Positions 49,123 to 59,540 of a stretch of 64,000 nt of DNA are shown piece by piece. The notes beneath the pieces were generated by a model, which searched no databases, was not told the origin of the DNA, and was given only the letters and a program-made list of their open reading frames with translations. The stretch is from an uncultured delta proteobacterium (lineage in GTDB: Bacteria > Desulfobacterota > Desulfobaccia > Desulfobaccales > 0-14-0-80-60-11). A program made the position numbers and the translations under genes. Each line of letters begins with the position of its first letter. Positions within the stretch are counted from its first letter, which is position 1. Where the stretch lies: positions 1,664,001 to 1,728,000 of the forward strand of contig CAWETI010000003.1 in NCBI GenBank assembly GCA_963812015.1, given 5' to 3'.

Positions 49123-49689
49123 CTATTTAACGATTTGTTTGATCTGTTGGAAGACTTCATCGGCACTTTCGAAGGTCCCGATGTGGACGAAGAGGACCTT
49201 GCCGGTTTTATCCAGGACTACGGTGACCGGGTAAGGGGTGAAATTCAAGGCCTTGCCGAAGCTGTTGTTGGGATCGGGCACCAGGGCGAAGCCCACCTTG
49301 TTAAAGGCCTTCCACATCTTCAACTGGGTCTCTTCATTCCCCTGACCGGCGCCGATGAATTTCAGCTTGTCTTTCAGTTGGGCATCATTTTGCACCAGGT
49401 CGAACAGCTTGTTCATCACGGGAGCCTGAGCTATGCAATGGGGACAGGCGGTGTTGAACTGCTCCACCAGCACGTAGGGCGCTTTGACGTCTTTCAGGGT
49501 GAACGGCCCCGGTTTGGCCAGCCCCAGATACGTGGACTCCTCCGGCGCGATGGTCGCGGCGAATTTAGCATTCCCTACCGTTTGACCGACCTTGGGTTCC
49601 GTCTCGGTTGCTCCCGCCAAAGACACGGCGCCGAAGCAAAAGAGCAGTGCCAGACAGCAACTCAGGACCAGAACTTTATTCCTCATCAT
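49123..49689 (-). CDS. TlpA/redoxin-family protein, paralog
   Basis: Signal peptide; CPHC; homologous to 48441-48989. Confidence 0.88.
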   Translation of the reverse strand: MMRNKVLVLSCCLALLFCFGAVSLAGATETEPKVGQTVGNAKFAATIAPEESTYLGLAKPGPFTLKDVKAPYVLVEQFNTACPHCIAQAPVMNKLFDLVQNDAQLKDKLKFIGAGQGNEETQLKMWKAFNKVGFALVPDPNNSFGKALNFTPYPVTVVLDKTGKVLFVHIGTFESADEVFQQIKQIVK

Positions 49690-49880
49690 TAAAGTGCCCC
49701 CTTCTTGGTTTTTTGCTGAATGATAAATCAACGACAACCAAAGGGCAAACGAAAATCGCGCCTGCCAGGCTTTTCCATTACGCTTTTTTTAAAGTAAAGT
49801 CATCAATCTGGAGGCCCCGACGCCATTTACGGGGCACGGCCTGGCCGTGGGAAGGCCAGGAGGACGGCGGCCGGCGCAGT

Positions 49881-52778
49881 TCAGGTGAAGAAGCGCTCTT
49901 CCCGCCAATCCACCGGCACCCGCACCAGGGTGCCTTGGCGGTGCTGATAGACCAGGTAGCCGTGGCGCACCCCAAACTCAAAGAGGCGATGGGTGAGGAG
50001 CACGTCCTGGCGGCAGTAGGACTCCAATTCCTCCCACTGACCCGCGGCATAGAGTTCCAGGGCCAAAAGACCATCCCCGGTCTTTTTCTCCCCCAAAGTC
50101 TTTTCCGCCAGGTGATTGAGGGAAAGGCGATGCCCCAGGAGGCTATGGATTTCCTCCAATATATCCAGGGTGGGCAGCTCTGCCAACGGAACGGTGGTAT
50201 AAGGCTGCAAGACCTGGTAGTCGAAGCGTTTGATATTGAAGCCCACTATCAGATCCAACTTCTTTAAGCGCTCCCCGAGGCGCTTCAAATCGTGCTCCCG
50301 ATAGGTGGTGGCGACCCCCGTATGGCTCTCGTGGACCACCACCAGGGACACCCCCATGCGGTGGCACTGTCCCCAGCCGCCCACGTCTGCCGCGGAACAA
50401 CAGGTCTCCAGGTCCAGAACCCCGATCTTCCGGTTCCGGAACCAGGAAATTTCCGTATCCGACTCAGGTACCGGTGTTGCGGCCGCCGCCGGCGCCTCCA
50501 CGATCTGGATTGCCTCTGGCGGTTCCGCCTCCTCCACTCCCAACAGCAGTCCGGCGATACGGAGCGTGGCCTCCTTGTCCAGGGGTTTGTTGCCGGAGCC
50601 GCACTTGGGCGAATGGATGCACGAGGGACAGCCGTCCTCGCAGGGGCAGGCCTCGGTGAGGGACAGGGCCCGCCGCACCAAATCCTCCAGGATTTCGTAA
50701 GCCCGAACCGACAGGCCCACGCCCCCGGGATAGCCGTCATAGATGAAGATGGCCGCCCGGCCCACCTGGGGATGGGCCGGGTGGGAGATGCCGCCGATGT
50801 CGTAGCGGTCCGCCAGGGCAAAGAGGGGAAACATGCTAATCAGGACATGCTCCAGGGCGTGGATGCCTCCCATGAAGTGGCGGCCCTCGGCGTAAACCGC
50901 GTTTTTCACCGCATCCGGGATTTCCAGCCACATGCCCACGGTTTCGAAGATCTGGGGGGGCAGCTCCAGGGAGACCTGGCCCAGGAGCTCCTGGCCCGGC
51001 AGCCGCCGTTTTTCATAGCTCAACAGGTGCTCGGTGACCTTGAGCCGACCGATGTGGGCCGTAAACCTGGCCACCTGCCGGGTTTCCAGCACCTCCAGGA
51101 TCTCTGTCTCTTTGTCCGTCTGGATGCGGGTGAAATAGTTGGGCTCCATGGGGTTGACCCAGACGTTGCGCCGGGCCAGGTCCAGCTTTTCCACCACCCA
51201 GGTCTGGGCCTTGTGGAGATAAACTGCCCCGGGATGACATTCCCTCAGAGCCCGGTGGCCGTCAATGGACCCCAAGGGCCGCTTCTTGCCGGTCTGGAAG
51301 ATGGCGAAACTCTCCCCGATACCCCGGATATTCACTTCTTTCTGGGGGAACCGGGCCCGGGCGAACCAGGCGTCCCCCGCCGCGGAATGGAGCAGGTGGC
51401 GCTCCCGGGCCAGTTCCTCCATCACCGGCGCATGCGCCTTCAGGTCGAAGTAAGTCTCGCCCTTGACCTTGAGGGGCAGTTCCTGAGCCGCGCAGGGCAG
51501 GTGGGCCTTGACCACGAAGCGGTTGTCCGGGTCCACCACCGCGGTCTCCATGGGACGCCCGAAGAATTCCTCCGGGTACTTGATGAAGTACTGGTCCAGG
51601 GCGTCGGCCTGGGCCACCATCACGATGAGGGCGTCCCGCCCCTGGCGTCCCACCCGCCCGGCCCGCTGCCAGGTGGTCACCATGGTGCCGGGATAACCCA
51701 CCAGGATACAGACGTCCAGCCCGCCGATGTCGATGCCCATTTCCAGGGCGCTGGTTGAGATCACCCCCCGCATCTTGCCGCTGGCTAGGGCGCGCTCGAT
51801 TTCCCGGCGCTCCTGCGGTAAAAACCCGGCCCGGTAGGAGCTGATGAAGGGGCGCATCTCCGGCGCCAGGCGTTGGGACCAGACATGGATCAGTTCGGTG
51901 AGCTTCCGGGCCTGGGTAAAGCAGATGGCGTTGAGCCCCTTCCGGATGGCCTTGGCGAAGATCTGGGCCGCGGTGACCGGGGCGCCCCCCGGGGGATTGA
52001 TGAACAGGAAATGCCGCCCGGACTGGGGCGCGCCGCTCTCCGTAATGATTTCCACATCGAGGCCGGTGAGCATCTTGACGAAAATATCCGGCTTGGCGAT
52101 GGTGGCCGAAGAGAGCAAAAACTGCGGGTGCGAGCCGTAGTGGGCACAAATCCGCTGCAAACGCCTGATCACCTGGGCCATGTGGCTGCCCATGATGCCC
52201 CGGTAGGTGTGGACTTCGTCGATGACCACGAACTTGAGGTGGGCAAAGAAGCCGGACCAGGAGGCATGATAGGGCATCAGGCCCATGTGGAGCATGTCCG
52301 GGTTGCTGATGAGCACATGGGGCGGCTTGGCCTTGATGCCCTGGCGCTGGGCCGGTGGCGTATCGCCGTCATAGATGGCGGCGGTGAGAAAAGGGTAGGG
52401 GAGGGCCGCGTCCAACTCCTGGAGGCCCTTGAGTTGGTCCTGCTCCAACGCCTTCAAGGGAAACAGATACAGGGCATGCCCCCGGGGATCTTGGAAGAGA
52501 GATTCCAACACCGGCAAATTATAAATGAGGGTCTTGCCGCTGGCCGTGGGGGTGGCCACCAGCAGGTGCTTGCCCGCCCTGATGTGGTCCAGGGCCTCCC
52601 CCTGGTGAGAATAGAGGCGGGGAATCCCCAGGCGTTCCAACCCCGCGATCACCGGCGGCGACAGCCCCGCATCCCCGGCCACATACTCCACCTCCTTGGC
52701 CGGCAAATAATGGTAGTGCGCCAGAATTTCCCGCGTATCGGCGGATTCTTTCAGTTGATTGATGAAATCTAGAAGCAT
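49881..52778 (-). CDS. DEAH-box helicase (MrfA/DUF1998) fused to an RNase H-like DEDD exonuclease
   Basis: PTASGKT, DEVH, QRAGRVGR, CPCEDGCPSC; C-terminal LDLET...GFNIKRFD...YCRQD. Confidence 0.92.
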   Translation of the reverse strand: MLLDFINQLKESADTREILAHYHYLPAKEVEYVAGDAGLSPPVIAGLERLGIPRLYSHQGEALDHIRAGKHLLVATPTASGKTLIYNLPVLESLFQDPRGHALYLFPLKALEQDQLKGLQELDAALPYPFLTAAIYDGDTPPAQRQGIKAKPPHVLISNPDMLHMGLMPYHASWSGFFAHLKFVVIDEVHTYRGIMGSHMAQVIRRLQRICAHYGSHPQFLLSSATIAKPDIFVKMLTGLDVEIITESGAPQSGRHFLFINPPGGAPVTAAQIFAKAIRKGLNAICFTQARKLTELIHVWSQRLAPEMRPFISSYRAGFLPQERREIERALASGKMRGVISTSALEMGIDIGGLDVCILVGYPGTMVTTWQRAGRVGRQGRDALIVMVAQADALDQYFIKYPEEFFGRPMETAVVDPDNRFVVKAHLPCAAQELPLKVKGETYFDLKAHAPVMEELARERHLLHSAAGDAWFARARFPQKEVNIRGIGESFAIFQTGKKRPLGSIDGHRALRECHPGAVYLHKAQTWVVEKLDLARRNVWVNPMEPNYFTRIQTDKETEILEVLETRQVARFTAHIGRLKVTEHLLSYEKRRLPGQELLGQVSLELPPQIFETVGMWLEIPDAVKNAVYAEGRHFMGGIHALEHVLISMFPLFALADRYDIGGISHPAHPQVGRAAIFIYDGYPGGVGLSVRAYEILEDLVRRALSLTEACPCEDGCPSCIHSPKCGSGNKPLDKEATLRIAGLLLGVEEAEPPEAIQIVEAPAAAATPVPESDTEISWFRNRKIGVLDLETCCSAADVGGWGQCHRMGVSLVVVHESHTGVATTYREHDLKRLGERLKKLDLIVGFNIKRFDYQVLQPYTTVPLAELPTLDILEEIHSLLGHRLSLNHLAEKTLGEKKTGDGLLALELYAAGQWEELESYCRQDVLLTHRLFEFGVRHGYLVYQHRQGTLVRVPVDWREERFFT

Positions 52779-52935
52779 GTTAAATGACGGTTTTCTGTTT
52801 TCGGTTTCCGGTTGTGAGTTACAAGGGAAAAAATGTAGCCGCAGGCTTTAGCCTGCACCGCATATGCGCAATTATAGTGCGTGCCGTGCACGCCGAATTA
52901 TGGCAGCCACGAGCCGCCCTATAAGTTTTTTCACA

Positions 52936-53484
52936 TTAGATTGCATAATAATAATAATATCTAATAATATTAACTTCTTTCGATATCTTAGGTAAATACC
53001 CAAAATACGAGAAGATTAAAGAACTAATCCAAAAGAGCACAAATAAGATTGGTAATAAAATTATCATTAAACTTACAGATGGTTTAATTAAAATCAATTT
53101 ATCGGAAGTTTTTCTTCTAAAATTGCAATGCTCATTGTTTGCCAAACTACGTTTAACATCATTAATGCATAAATCTGTAAGAAAGAAGTTTATTTCGCGG
53201 TTTAATTCAGTATTCAAATTAATTTCTTCACATGTCAGTCGATGTTCCCATCTAGATTGCCAATATTTACTACCATGATTTATTAGAACCCAGAGAATTG
53301 AACTAATTAGCCCAAAAATTGAGATAGTTATTGCATATTTACTATCAGTAACAGAAAATAGCCCAGTTGCAAGAGCAATATTTAAAATCAGAAAATAATT
53401 TGACCGTTGCCAAAATAAATTAATCTCGAAGTTACGAATTTCTAAGGCTATCTTATAAATATCTTTAGATGTGGGTTTTTCCAT
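52936..53484 (-). CDS. AT-rich small membrane protein (RipA-like family possible)
   Basis: YKIALEIRNFEINLFWQRSNYF followed by three hydrophobic segments; very low GC. Confidence 0.75.
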   Translation of the reverse strand: MEKPTSKDIYKIALEIRNFEINLFWQRSNYFLILNIALATGLFSVTDSKYAITISIFGLISSILWVLINHGSKYWQSRWEHRLTCEEINLNTELNREINFFLTDLCINDVKRSLANNEHCNFRRKTSDKLILIKPSVSLMIILLPILFVLFWISSLIFSYFGYLPKISKEVNIIRYYYYYAI

Positions 53485-53651
53485 TTTAAATTTATCCCTT
53501 TCTATATAGGCTGTTGAAAACCTAATAATTTAAGGCCCGTAGGGCGGGAAAGCGCAGCGCATCCCGCCTTTAGCAATGTTTTTACGCAGCCTTAAAGCCT
53601 ATACATACCAGACTAACCACTGACAACTGGCCACTGACAACTGTCTCCCCC

Positions 53652-54722
53652 TCACTTCGTCCCCACGTCGATATGTTCCCAGTCAGTGTTACGGCCGGGG
53701 TAAGTCCAGGACTGGGGCAGCCGGCAGCCCATCCAACTGGCCGCCTGGTAGACCCACCCCGGCAGTTGCCGGGCGTCGAGTTTATGCATGGCGTCCCGGT
53801 TGTACTGGCGGATAGAGTGGCTGATGGGGTTGGGAACGCCATCCACCACTCCGGGGTAGTTGGAATCATTGAAGTCCATGGCCAGGCCCAGGCGGTGGTT
53901 GGAGCCGGGGGCGTGGCGGCCGTGGTAGATTTCCGCCAGACTTTGATAGTTGCAGATGGCCACGGTGGCCGTCAGGGAGTCCCCGTCGCTATCGGGAAAA
54001 CTCAGACACTCTGCGGTTACCGGGCCCGAGGCGGCGCCTACCGCGTAGGTATCTTCCCCCATCCGCAGCGACAAGAGGGGCACCCGCCGGGACGGATCGT
54101 ACCAGCCTTCCCGGAAAATAAATTCTATCAGCAGCGCCGCCAAGGGTGCGAATTTGCTGTTGACCTCCACCTGGATCGTCGCCGGGCGGTAGTTCGCCTT
54201 ATCGTTGACCTCACGCATGGTCCGCACGAACCAGACGTAACCCGAGGGCCGGGGTGAAGCCAGGGCCACGGCCTGCCACTTCTTTTCAAAACCGCTGTAG
54301 GTCTTGAGGCGCTGGGCCCGCTCCGGCACCCACACGGGAACTTCCAGGGTCACCCCCACCGGGTCGCCTCCCGGCCAGCGGCGGCGGCGCACGTCTTCCC
54401 AGGAGACTCCCTGCCCCGGGTCCAGCAGGTTCAGGGTTTCATGGCGCAGGCCCACCAGCCGGCCCACCCCCAGGAGTTGCTTGGCCAGGGTAATTTTTTG
54501 AAGAAAATCCTGCTCCCGCGCGGCCTGGGACATGCCCGGCGTATAGCTCAAGGCCACCTGACGCAAAATCCTGGCCGTTTGGGGGGCCTGGGAAGCCTCC
54601 AGGATGCGGGGGTGAGGCGGGAGGAAGGTGCGGCTGGACTCGGCGCCCAGGGCTCCGGCCGACCAGGCCGCCGTGAGACAGAACGCCAGGACCAGTGCCG
54701 CCAAGGCGGACCAGGATCGCAT
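53652..54722 (-). CDS. Exported protein with C-terminal M15-type Zn-peptidase motifs
   Basis: Signal peptide; SNHRLGLAMD (SxHx6D) and DWEH. Confidence 0.7.
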   Translation of the reverse strand: MRSWSALAALVLAFCLTAAWSAGALGAESSRTFLPPHPRILEASQAPQTARILRQVALSYTPGMSQAAREQDFLQKITLAKQLLGVGRLVGLRHETLNLLDPGQGVSWEDVRRRRWPGGDPVGVTLEVPVWVPERAQRLKTYSGFEKKWQAVALASPRPSGYVWFVRTMREVNDKANYRPATIQVEVNSKFAPLAALLIEFIFREGWYDPSRRVPLLSLRMGEDTYAVGAASGPVTAECLSFPDSDGDSLTATVAICNYQSLAEIYHGRHAPGSNHRLGLAMDFNDSNYPGVVDGVPNPISHSIRQYNRDAMHKLDARQLPGWVYQAASWMGCRLPQSWTYPGRNTDWEHIDVGTK

Positions 54723-54933
54723 GGGTATAATTGTATGTGAGCCGGGGAGGGGAGTCAATGTCGGAAAGTCCCCCTTTGAAAAAGGGGGATTAAGGGGGAT
54801 TTTCATTCAGGTTATAATAATCTGATACAATCCATTTTGCGCTCCGAGTAATAAGGAGTCTAAGGGATTTTTGATAAGCCCAGGGGCGGGTGCTTCTAGT
54901 ATTGCGTCCCAGATATATCTTTCCAAAAACCAC

Positions 54934-56124
54934 CTACTCCACCTCCAAAATCAGGCACTTCAGATAAAGGCTCTCCGGCAGGGATAAGAGCGCCGGGTGG
55001 TCTTTGGCCGCGCCCCGGCGCTCCACCAGGCGGGCCTGGCGATGGGCGTCGGCCGCGGCCTCCCGCACGATGGCCAGAAACTCGGGCTCGCTCAGGTTAT
55101 ACGAACAGGAGCAGGTGATCAAAACGCCCCCGGGGTTCAAGAGTTGCAAGGCCCGGCGGTTAATCTCCTTATACCCTTTGTATGCCGCGTCCCGGTCCCG
55201 GCGGCTCTTGGCGAAGGCCGGCGGGTCCAGAGAGATGCAATCGAAGTGCCGGCCCTCAGCCACCGCCTCCTTCAGAAAGGTAAAGACGTTGGCCTTGACC
55301 AGATCCAGGTGGTCAAAACCGTTGAGGCCGGCGTTATCTTTGGCTATGGCCAGGGCCGGGCCCGAGCTTTCCACCAGGGTGACCCGCTGGGCCCCGGGGG
55401 CCAGGTGCATGGCAAACGCCCCCTGGTAAGCGAAGGCGTCCAGGACTTCCCCCCGGGAGAAGGGCGCCGCGGCCAGCCGGTTTTCCCGCTGATCCAAAAA
55501 CAGCCCGGTTTTCTGGCCGCCCCGGATATCCACCCACAGCCTGACAAGACCTTCCCGGACTTCCACCCGGGGCGGCAGTTCCCCGTGAACGGTCCTGACC
55601 TCCAGGGGCAGTCCTTCCTGGTGCCTCACTTCGGCATCGTGGCGCAGGGTCAGGGAGATGGGGGTGGTGTGGCGCACCAGGATCTCGATAATCTCTGGCA
55701 ACCGCCGCTCCATGCCGGCATGCAGGGTCTGAAGGACCAGGTGTCCGGCATAAGAGTCCACCACCAGCCCCGGAAACCCGTCCGCTTCCCCGTAGATCAG
55801 GCGGTAGGCATCGGTGCCGGCCACCACCCGCCCCCGGTATGACAGGGCCTGCTTCAGGCGGTTTTCCCAAAAAGCGCCATCCACGGGTTCATCACCTAAG
55901 GTCACAAAGCGCAGGGCGATGCGGGAAGTGGCGCTGTAAAAGGCCTGCCCCAGAAACCGGCCTGCCGGGTCGGCCACGGCCACCAATTCACCCGGGGGAA
56001 ATTTCGGCTGGCCTTCCAGGTCATTGCGGTAGACCCAGGGGTGCCCGGTGCGACGCCACCTGAGTCCCTTGGCGGTCACCCGGACCACCGGCAGAGAGTT
56101 CGCGTTGTGCTTTCCGTTGGTCAT
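54934..56124 (-). CDS. rlmI: RlmI-like SAM-dependent rRNA methyltransferase
   Basis: GHPWVY, GEADGFPGLVVD, GQKTGLFLDQRENR, LDPPAF, CSCS. Confidence 0.88.
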   Translation of the reverse strand: MTNGKHNANSLPVVRVTAKGLRWRRTGHPWVYRNDLEGQPKFPPGELVAVADPAGRFLGQAFYSATSRIALRFVTLGDEPVDGAFWENRLKQALSYRGRVVAGTDAYRLIYGEADGFPGLVVDSYAGHLVLQTLHAGMERRLPEIIEILVRHTTPISLTLRHDAEVRHQEGLPLEVRTVHGELPPRVEVREGLVRLWVDIRGGQKTGLFLDQRENRLAAAPFSRGEVLDAFAYQGAFAMHLAPGAQRVTLVESSGPALAIAKDNAGLNGFDHLDLVKANVFTFLKEAVAEGRHFDCISLDPPAFAKSRRDRDAAYKGYKEINRRALQLLNPGGVLITCSCSYNLSEPEFLAIVREAAADAHRQARLVERRGAAKDHPALLSLPESLYLKCLILEVE

Positions 56125-56206
56125 GGCACCTCCCGGTGCGCAGGGATAACCTGTTGAATAAGCATGGGTTTAAGAATAAAGCCCGGCAGGGCAGGGGAGG
56201 CGGAGG

Positions 56207-56644
56207 TCATGTGCCTTCGTCCCCTCTCGTGTCTAAAGATTGCCAACGCCGCAGTGCCTGTTCCTCGGCGAATTTTCTCCGGATGAACCTGGCGGCGAAA
56301 TCGGCGTGCCCGAAATAAGCGGGCGCCAGGGTCAGAATCCGGTCCTGCATGTCCTTCAGGAGTCCCGGCGCCTCAGGCGCGGCAATAAAGTTGCGTTCTT
56401 CCCTTTGGGAAAAAGTAATTTCCTCTCCCAGGACCCCCACAACCTGGGGAGCCTGGGCTTTTAAGTCCGCCGGCAGGGTATCGGCCCAGACGGGAATGAC
56501 TACCCTGGTCTCCAGCAGGACGTACCAGCGGTCTCCGGCCACGGGCCGGGAGTGGTCCCAAAATTCCAGGGTGAGGCCGTTGTCCAAAGGATGCCGCGCA
56601 ATCAATCGTGCCGAGTTCATCACCATAACTCCGTAAGTGTTCAT
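56207..56644 (-). CDS. Hypothetical protein
   Basis: Clean ORF co-oriented with rlmI; start uncertain. Confidence 0.7.
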   Translation of the reverse strand: MNTYGVMVMNSARLIARHPLDNGLTLEFWDHSRPVAGDRWYVLLETRVVIPVWADTLPADLKAQAPQVVGVLGEEITFSQREERNFIAAPEAPGLLKDMQDRILTLAPAYFGHADFAARFIRRKFAEEQALRRWQSLDTRGDEGT

Positions 56645-56722
56645 TGTGATACAATCCTACGCCTAATTAGGGTATAGTATAACTATCTCCGAGCAATAGC
56701 AAAACTAGAGAAAAGGTATACC

Positions 56723-57301
56723 ATGCGGCGCAAAACCTGGATAATCGCGGTGGCTATCCTGGTCCTGGGCGGGGCCCTGGGCGGTGGCCTTTATTGGCGC
56801 TGGGCCAACTCGCCCCGCTACGCCTTGCAGCAGGCGGCCCTGGCCCTCCAGACCCGAAACATGGATAAATTCTTCAACTATTTGAATTTACTGGCGATTT
56901 TTAATAATTTCATCGAAGTTTCCAGCAAGGACCTGGATACCCCGGAAGACCCCAAGGCCGATGAATGGACCAGGTATTCCCGGCGCATGGGGCGCAAGTT
57001 TGCCCATCTTTTCCTGCCCAAATTGTTCCAATCCTTCGAGACCCAGATACGGGCCGCGGTGGAGCACTACCTGCTCAATCTGGACAACGCTCAGGTCCTG
57101 GGGGTCGCCGCGGCCGTAACCGTGGCCCAGATCGACACCCAGGGGGATGAGGCCCAGGTAACCTTAACAGACCCGAAAACCAAAGAAACTTTGCGTTTTC
57201 ACATGCGCCGCCAACCGAACCGGGGCGTTTGGCAGATCGTGTCGGTCAATTATGAAGATTTAAAAAGGTTCTGTAAGCGAGAGTTCCACCCTAAACCATA
57301 A
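56723..57301 (+). CDS. Membrane-anchored hypothetical protein (DUF2939-like)
   Basis: N-terminal TM followed by SPRYALQQ; ends WQIVSVN. Confidence 0.75.
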   Translation: MRRKTWIIAVAILVLGGALGGGLYWRWANSPRYALQQAALALQTRNMDKFFNYLNLLAIFNNFIEVSSKDLDTPEDPKADEWTRYSRRMGRKFAHLFLPKLFQSFETQIRAAVEHYLLNLDNAQVLGVAAAVTVAQIDTQGDEAQVTLTDPKTKETLRFHMRRQPNRGVWQIVSVNYEDLKRFCKREFHPKP

Positions 57302-57333
57302 CGTCTGATAATATATATTATGTCAACTAAGAT

Positions 57334-57801
57334 ATGGTGACCGAAGAAAAGTGCCCCCAGTGCGGCTATGTGGCCCTAAGACACCTCAATCCGGTGCCCA
57401 CCGTGGATATCATTATCGAATACCGGGATCAGGGCCTGGTGCTGATCGAACGGGCCAACCCGCCGCATGGCTGGGCGCTACCCGGGGGGTTCGTGGATTA
57501 CGGTGAATCCCTGGAGGACGCCGCGCTCCGGGAGGCCCGGGAGGAAACGGGGCTGACGGTGACCCTCCTGGGGCAGTTCCACACGTATTCTGACCCCCAC
57601 CGTGACCCCCGGCAACATACCATTACCACCGTGTATGTGGCCCAGGGTTTCGGCACGCCCAAGGCCGCCGACGACGCCCGCCGCCTGGCCATCTTTGCCC
57701 CGGAACAGTTGCCCCAGGTCCTGGCCTTTGACCATAAGCTTATCCTATCGGAATACCTCAAAGTTCGGCCGCAGTGGCTAATTAAACTTAAGAAGCTTTA
57801 A
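57334..57801 (+). CDS. NUDIX hydrolase
   Basis: [24 protein letters not shown]. Confidence 0.95.
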   Translation: MVTEEKCPQCGYVALRHLNPVPTVDIIIEYRDQGLVLIERANPPHGWALPGGFVDYGESLEDAALREAREETGLTVTLLGQFHTYSDPHRDPRQHTITTVYVAQGFGTPKAADDARRLAIFAPEQLPQVLAFDHKLILSEYLKVRPQWLIKLKKL

Positions 57802-57806
57802 TAGAT

Positions 57807-59126
57807 ATGGTTGCTAACACGTTATTATTCCTTTATAAATTAGTCAGCAGCATGGCCGGCCTGGTGGGCTGGCCGTATTTCTACTGGCATCTGAAGTCCC
57901 GGGGTCAGGGGGAAAGTTTCTGGCCCCGCCTGGGTGTGCAACTGCCGGGAAAGCCGCCTCCGGGCGCGCCGCGCCTGTGGCTCCACGGCGTCTCGGTGGG
58001 AGAAATTCAGGCCGCCATCCCCCTGGTCCGGGAACTCCAATCCCTCTTGCCCCAGGCGGCTTTCATCGTCACCACCGGCACCGAAACCGGTCAAATGCTC
58101 GCCCGAAAACACTTTGCCCCCCTGGGCGCCACAGTGGGCTATTTTCCCCTGGACTTTCCCTGGGCGGTCCGGCGTTATCTGGATCACCTGCGCCCCCAGG
58201 TGTTTATCGGCCTGGAATCGGAGATCTGGCCGAATTTCCTTAGTATGGCGCACCAACGGGGGGTCCGCCTGGCCTTGGTCAATGGACGTCTCTCGGATAA
58301 TTCCTTAAGAATGTTTCTTAAATATAGTCGTTATCTTTATAATATATTTAATCTATTTGATCTAGTGGCTGCCGGATCGCTCCCCGATTTTCACCGGTTT
58401 CAGCGCCTGGGAATTTCGCCGGACCGCTTGCATCTCACCGGCAACCTCAAGTACGACCGGCTGCTCCAGGGCAAAGATGATGCCCGGCTTCAGGATTTCC
58501 GCGGCTTTCTGCATAATCCCCTAGTGGGGACCGAACCTCCGGTGTGGCTGGCGGCATCCACCCACCCGGGGGAAGATGAAGTGGTGGTGGGCGCCTTTCA
58601 GGAACTTTTAGGCCCCTACCCTGCTCTGACCCTCATCCTGGCCCCCCGGCATCCCCAACGCGCCCCGGACCTGGCGACGCTCCTTTCCCGGCGCGGGCTC
58701 CCCTGCCAGTTGTGGACCCGCCTCAAGTCCGGCCAGGAGACCCGGCGCCACCCGGTGGTGATCATCGACACCATCGGCGACCTCTTCACCCTGTACGGCC
58801 TGGCCGACGTCACCTTTGTGGGCGGCAGCCTCGTGCCCCATGGGGGCCAGAATATTCTGGAGCCCGCGGGATGGGGCCGCACGCCCATCTACGGCCCTCA
58901 TCTCGAAAACTTTCTCTGGGCCAAGGCTATCCTGGAAGAAGTCGGCGCCGGGATCATGGTCAACGACGCCGCCACCCTGGCCATAGCCGTCCGTCATCTC
59001 CTGGACCATCCCGACCTCAGGGACGACCTGGGCCGGCGGGCCCAGGCGGCCTTGACCCCTCACCAGGGCGCCTCCCGCCGCCAGGCGGAGTTGATCGCCG
59101 ACCTGGCGGGGAGAGTGGCGGGCTAG
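57807..59126 (+). CDS. waaA: Kdo transferase
   Basis: WLHGVSVGE, ESEIWPN, GNLKYD, ASTHPGE, APRHPQR, GGQNILEP. Confidence 0.95.
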   Translation: MVANTLLFLYKLVSSMAGLVGWPYFYWHLKSRGQGESFWPRLGVQLPGKPPPGAPRLWLHGVSVGEIQAAIPLVRELQSLLPQAAFIVTTGTETGQMLARKHFAPLGATVGYFPLDFPWAVRRYLDHLRPQVFIGLESEIWPNFLSMAHQRGVRLALVNGRLSDNSLRMFLKYSRYLYNIFNLFDLVAAGSLPDFHRFQRLGISPDRLHLTGNLKYDRLLQGKDDARLQDFRGFLHNPLVGTEPPVWLAASTHPGEDEVVVGAFQELLGPYPALTLILAPRHPQRAPDLATLLSRRGLPCQLWTRLKSGQETRRHPVVIIDTIGDLFTLYGLADVTFVGGSLVPHGGQNILEPAGWGRTPIYGPHLENFLWAKAILEEVGAGIMVNDAATLAIAVRHLLDHPDLRDDLGRRAQAALTPHQGASRRQAELIADLAGRVAG

Positions 59127-59540
59127 GGACAGTTTGTTATATCGCCAGGAGGCCAAAAACCAGCCCTGAAGACCTGAAAAGCCGGATGCGCGGGAAAACG
59201 CCGGGGCCTGCCTGTCAAGACCCAAGGGTCAACCCTTGGTTGCCTCAAAATCGCCCCGCCACGGGCGTTACATGCAGCCGGTTTTTTCTCTCCGCATAAC
59301 ATATTATTATTACTATCTAATTAGCAGTTAAACCGAAGGCGGGCGGTCTGACCGCTCTTTTGACTCCCAAATAGCCTCCCCGTGGCGCAACTAAGGCCCT
59401 GAACCCCAGGAGGGCCCCCCTTATGAAAATATGAAAAAAATGAAAAAATGAAAAACGCCAAACCCAAAAACAATAAATATCCGCCCCGGCGCCTAGCTAT
59501 GGTATATTTAAAGGAAAACTATGGAAGTTCGAGGTAGGCC

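Noticed and set aside
59422..59456. ATGAAAAAA short repeats upstream of carA as a phase-variation or attenuator site
   Set aside because: Only four degenerate units, no PyrR-type motif recognised; evidence too weak.
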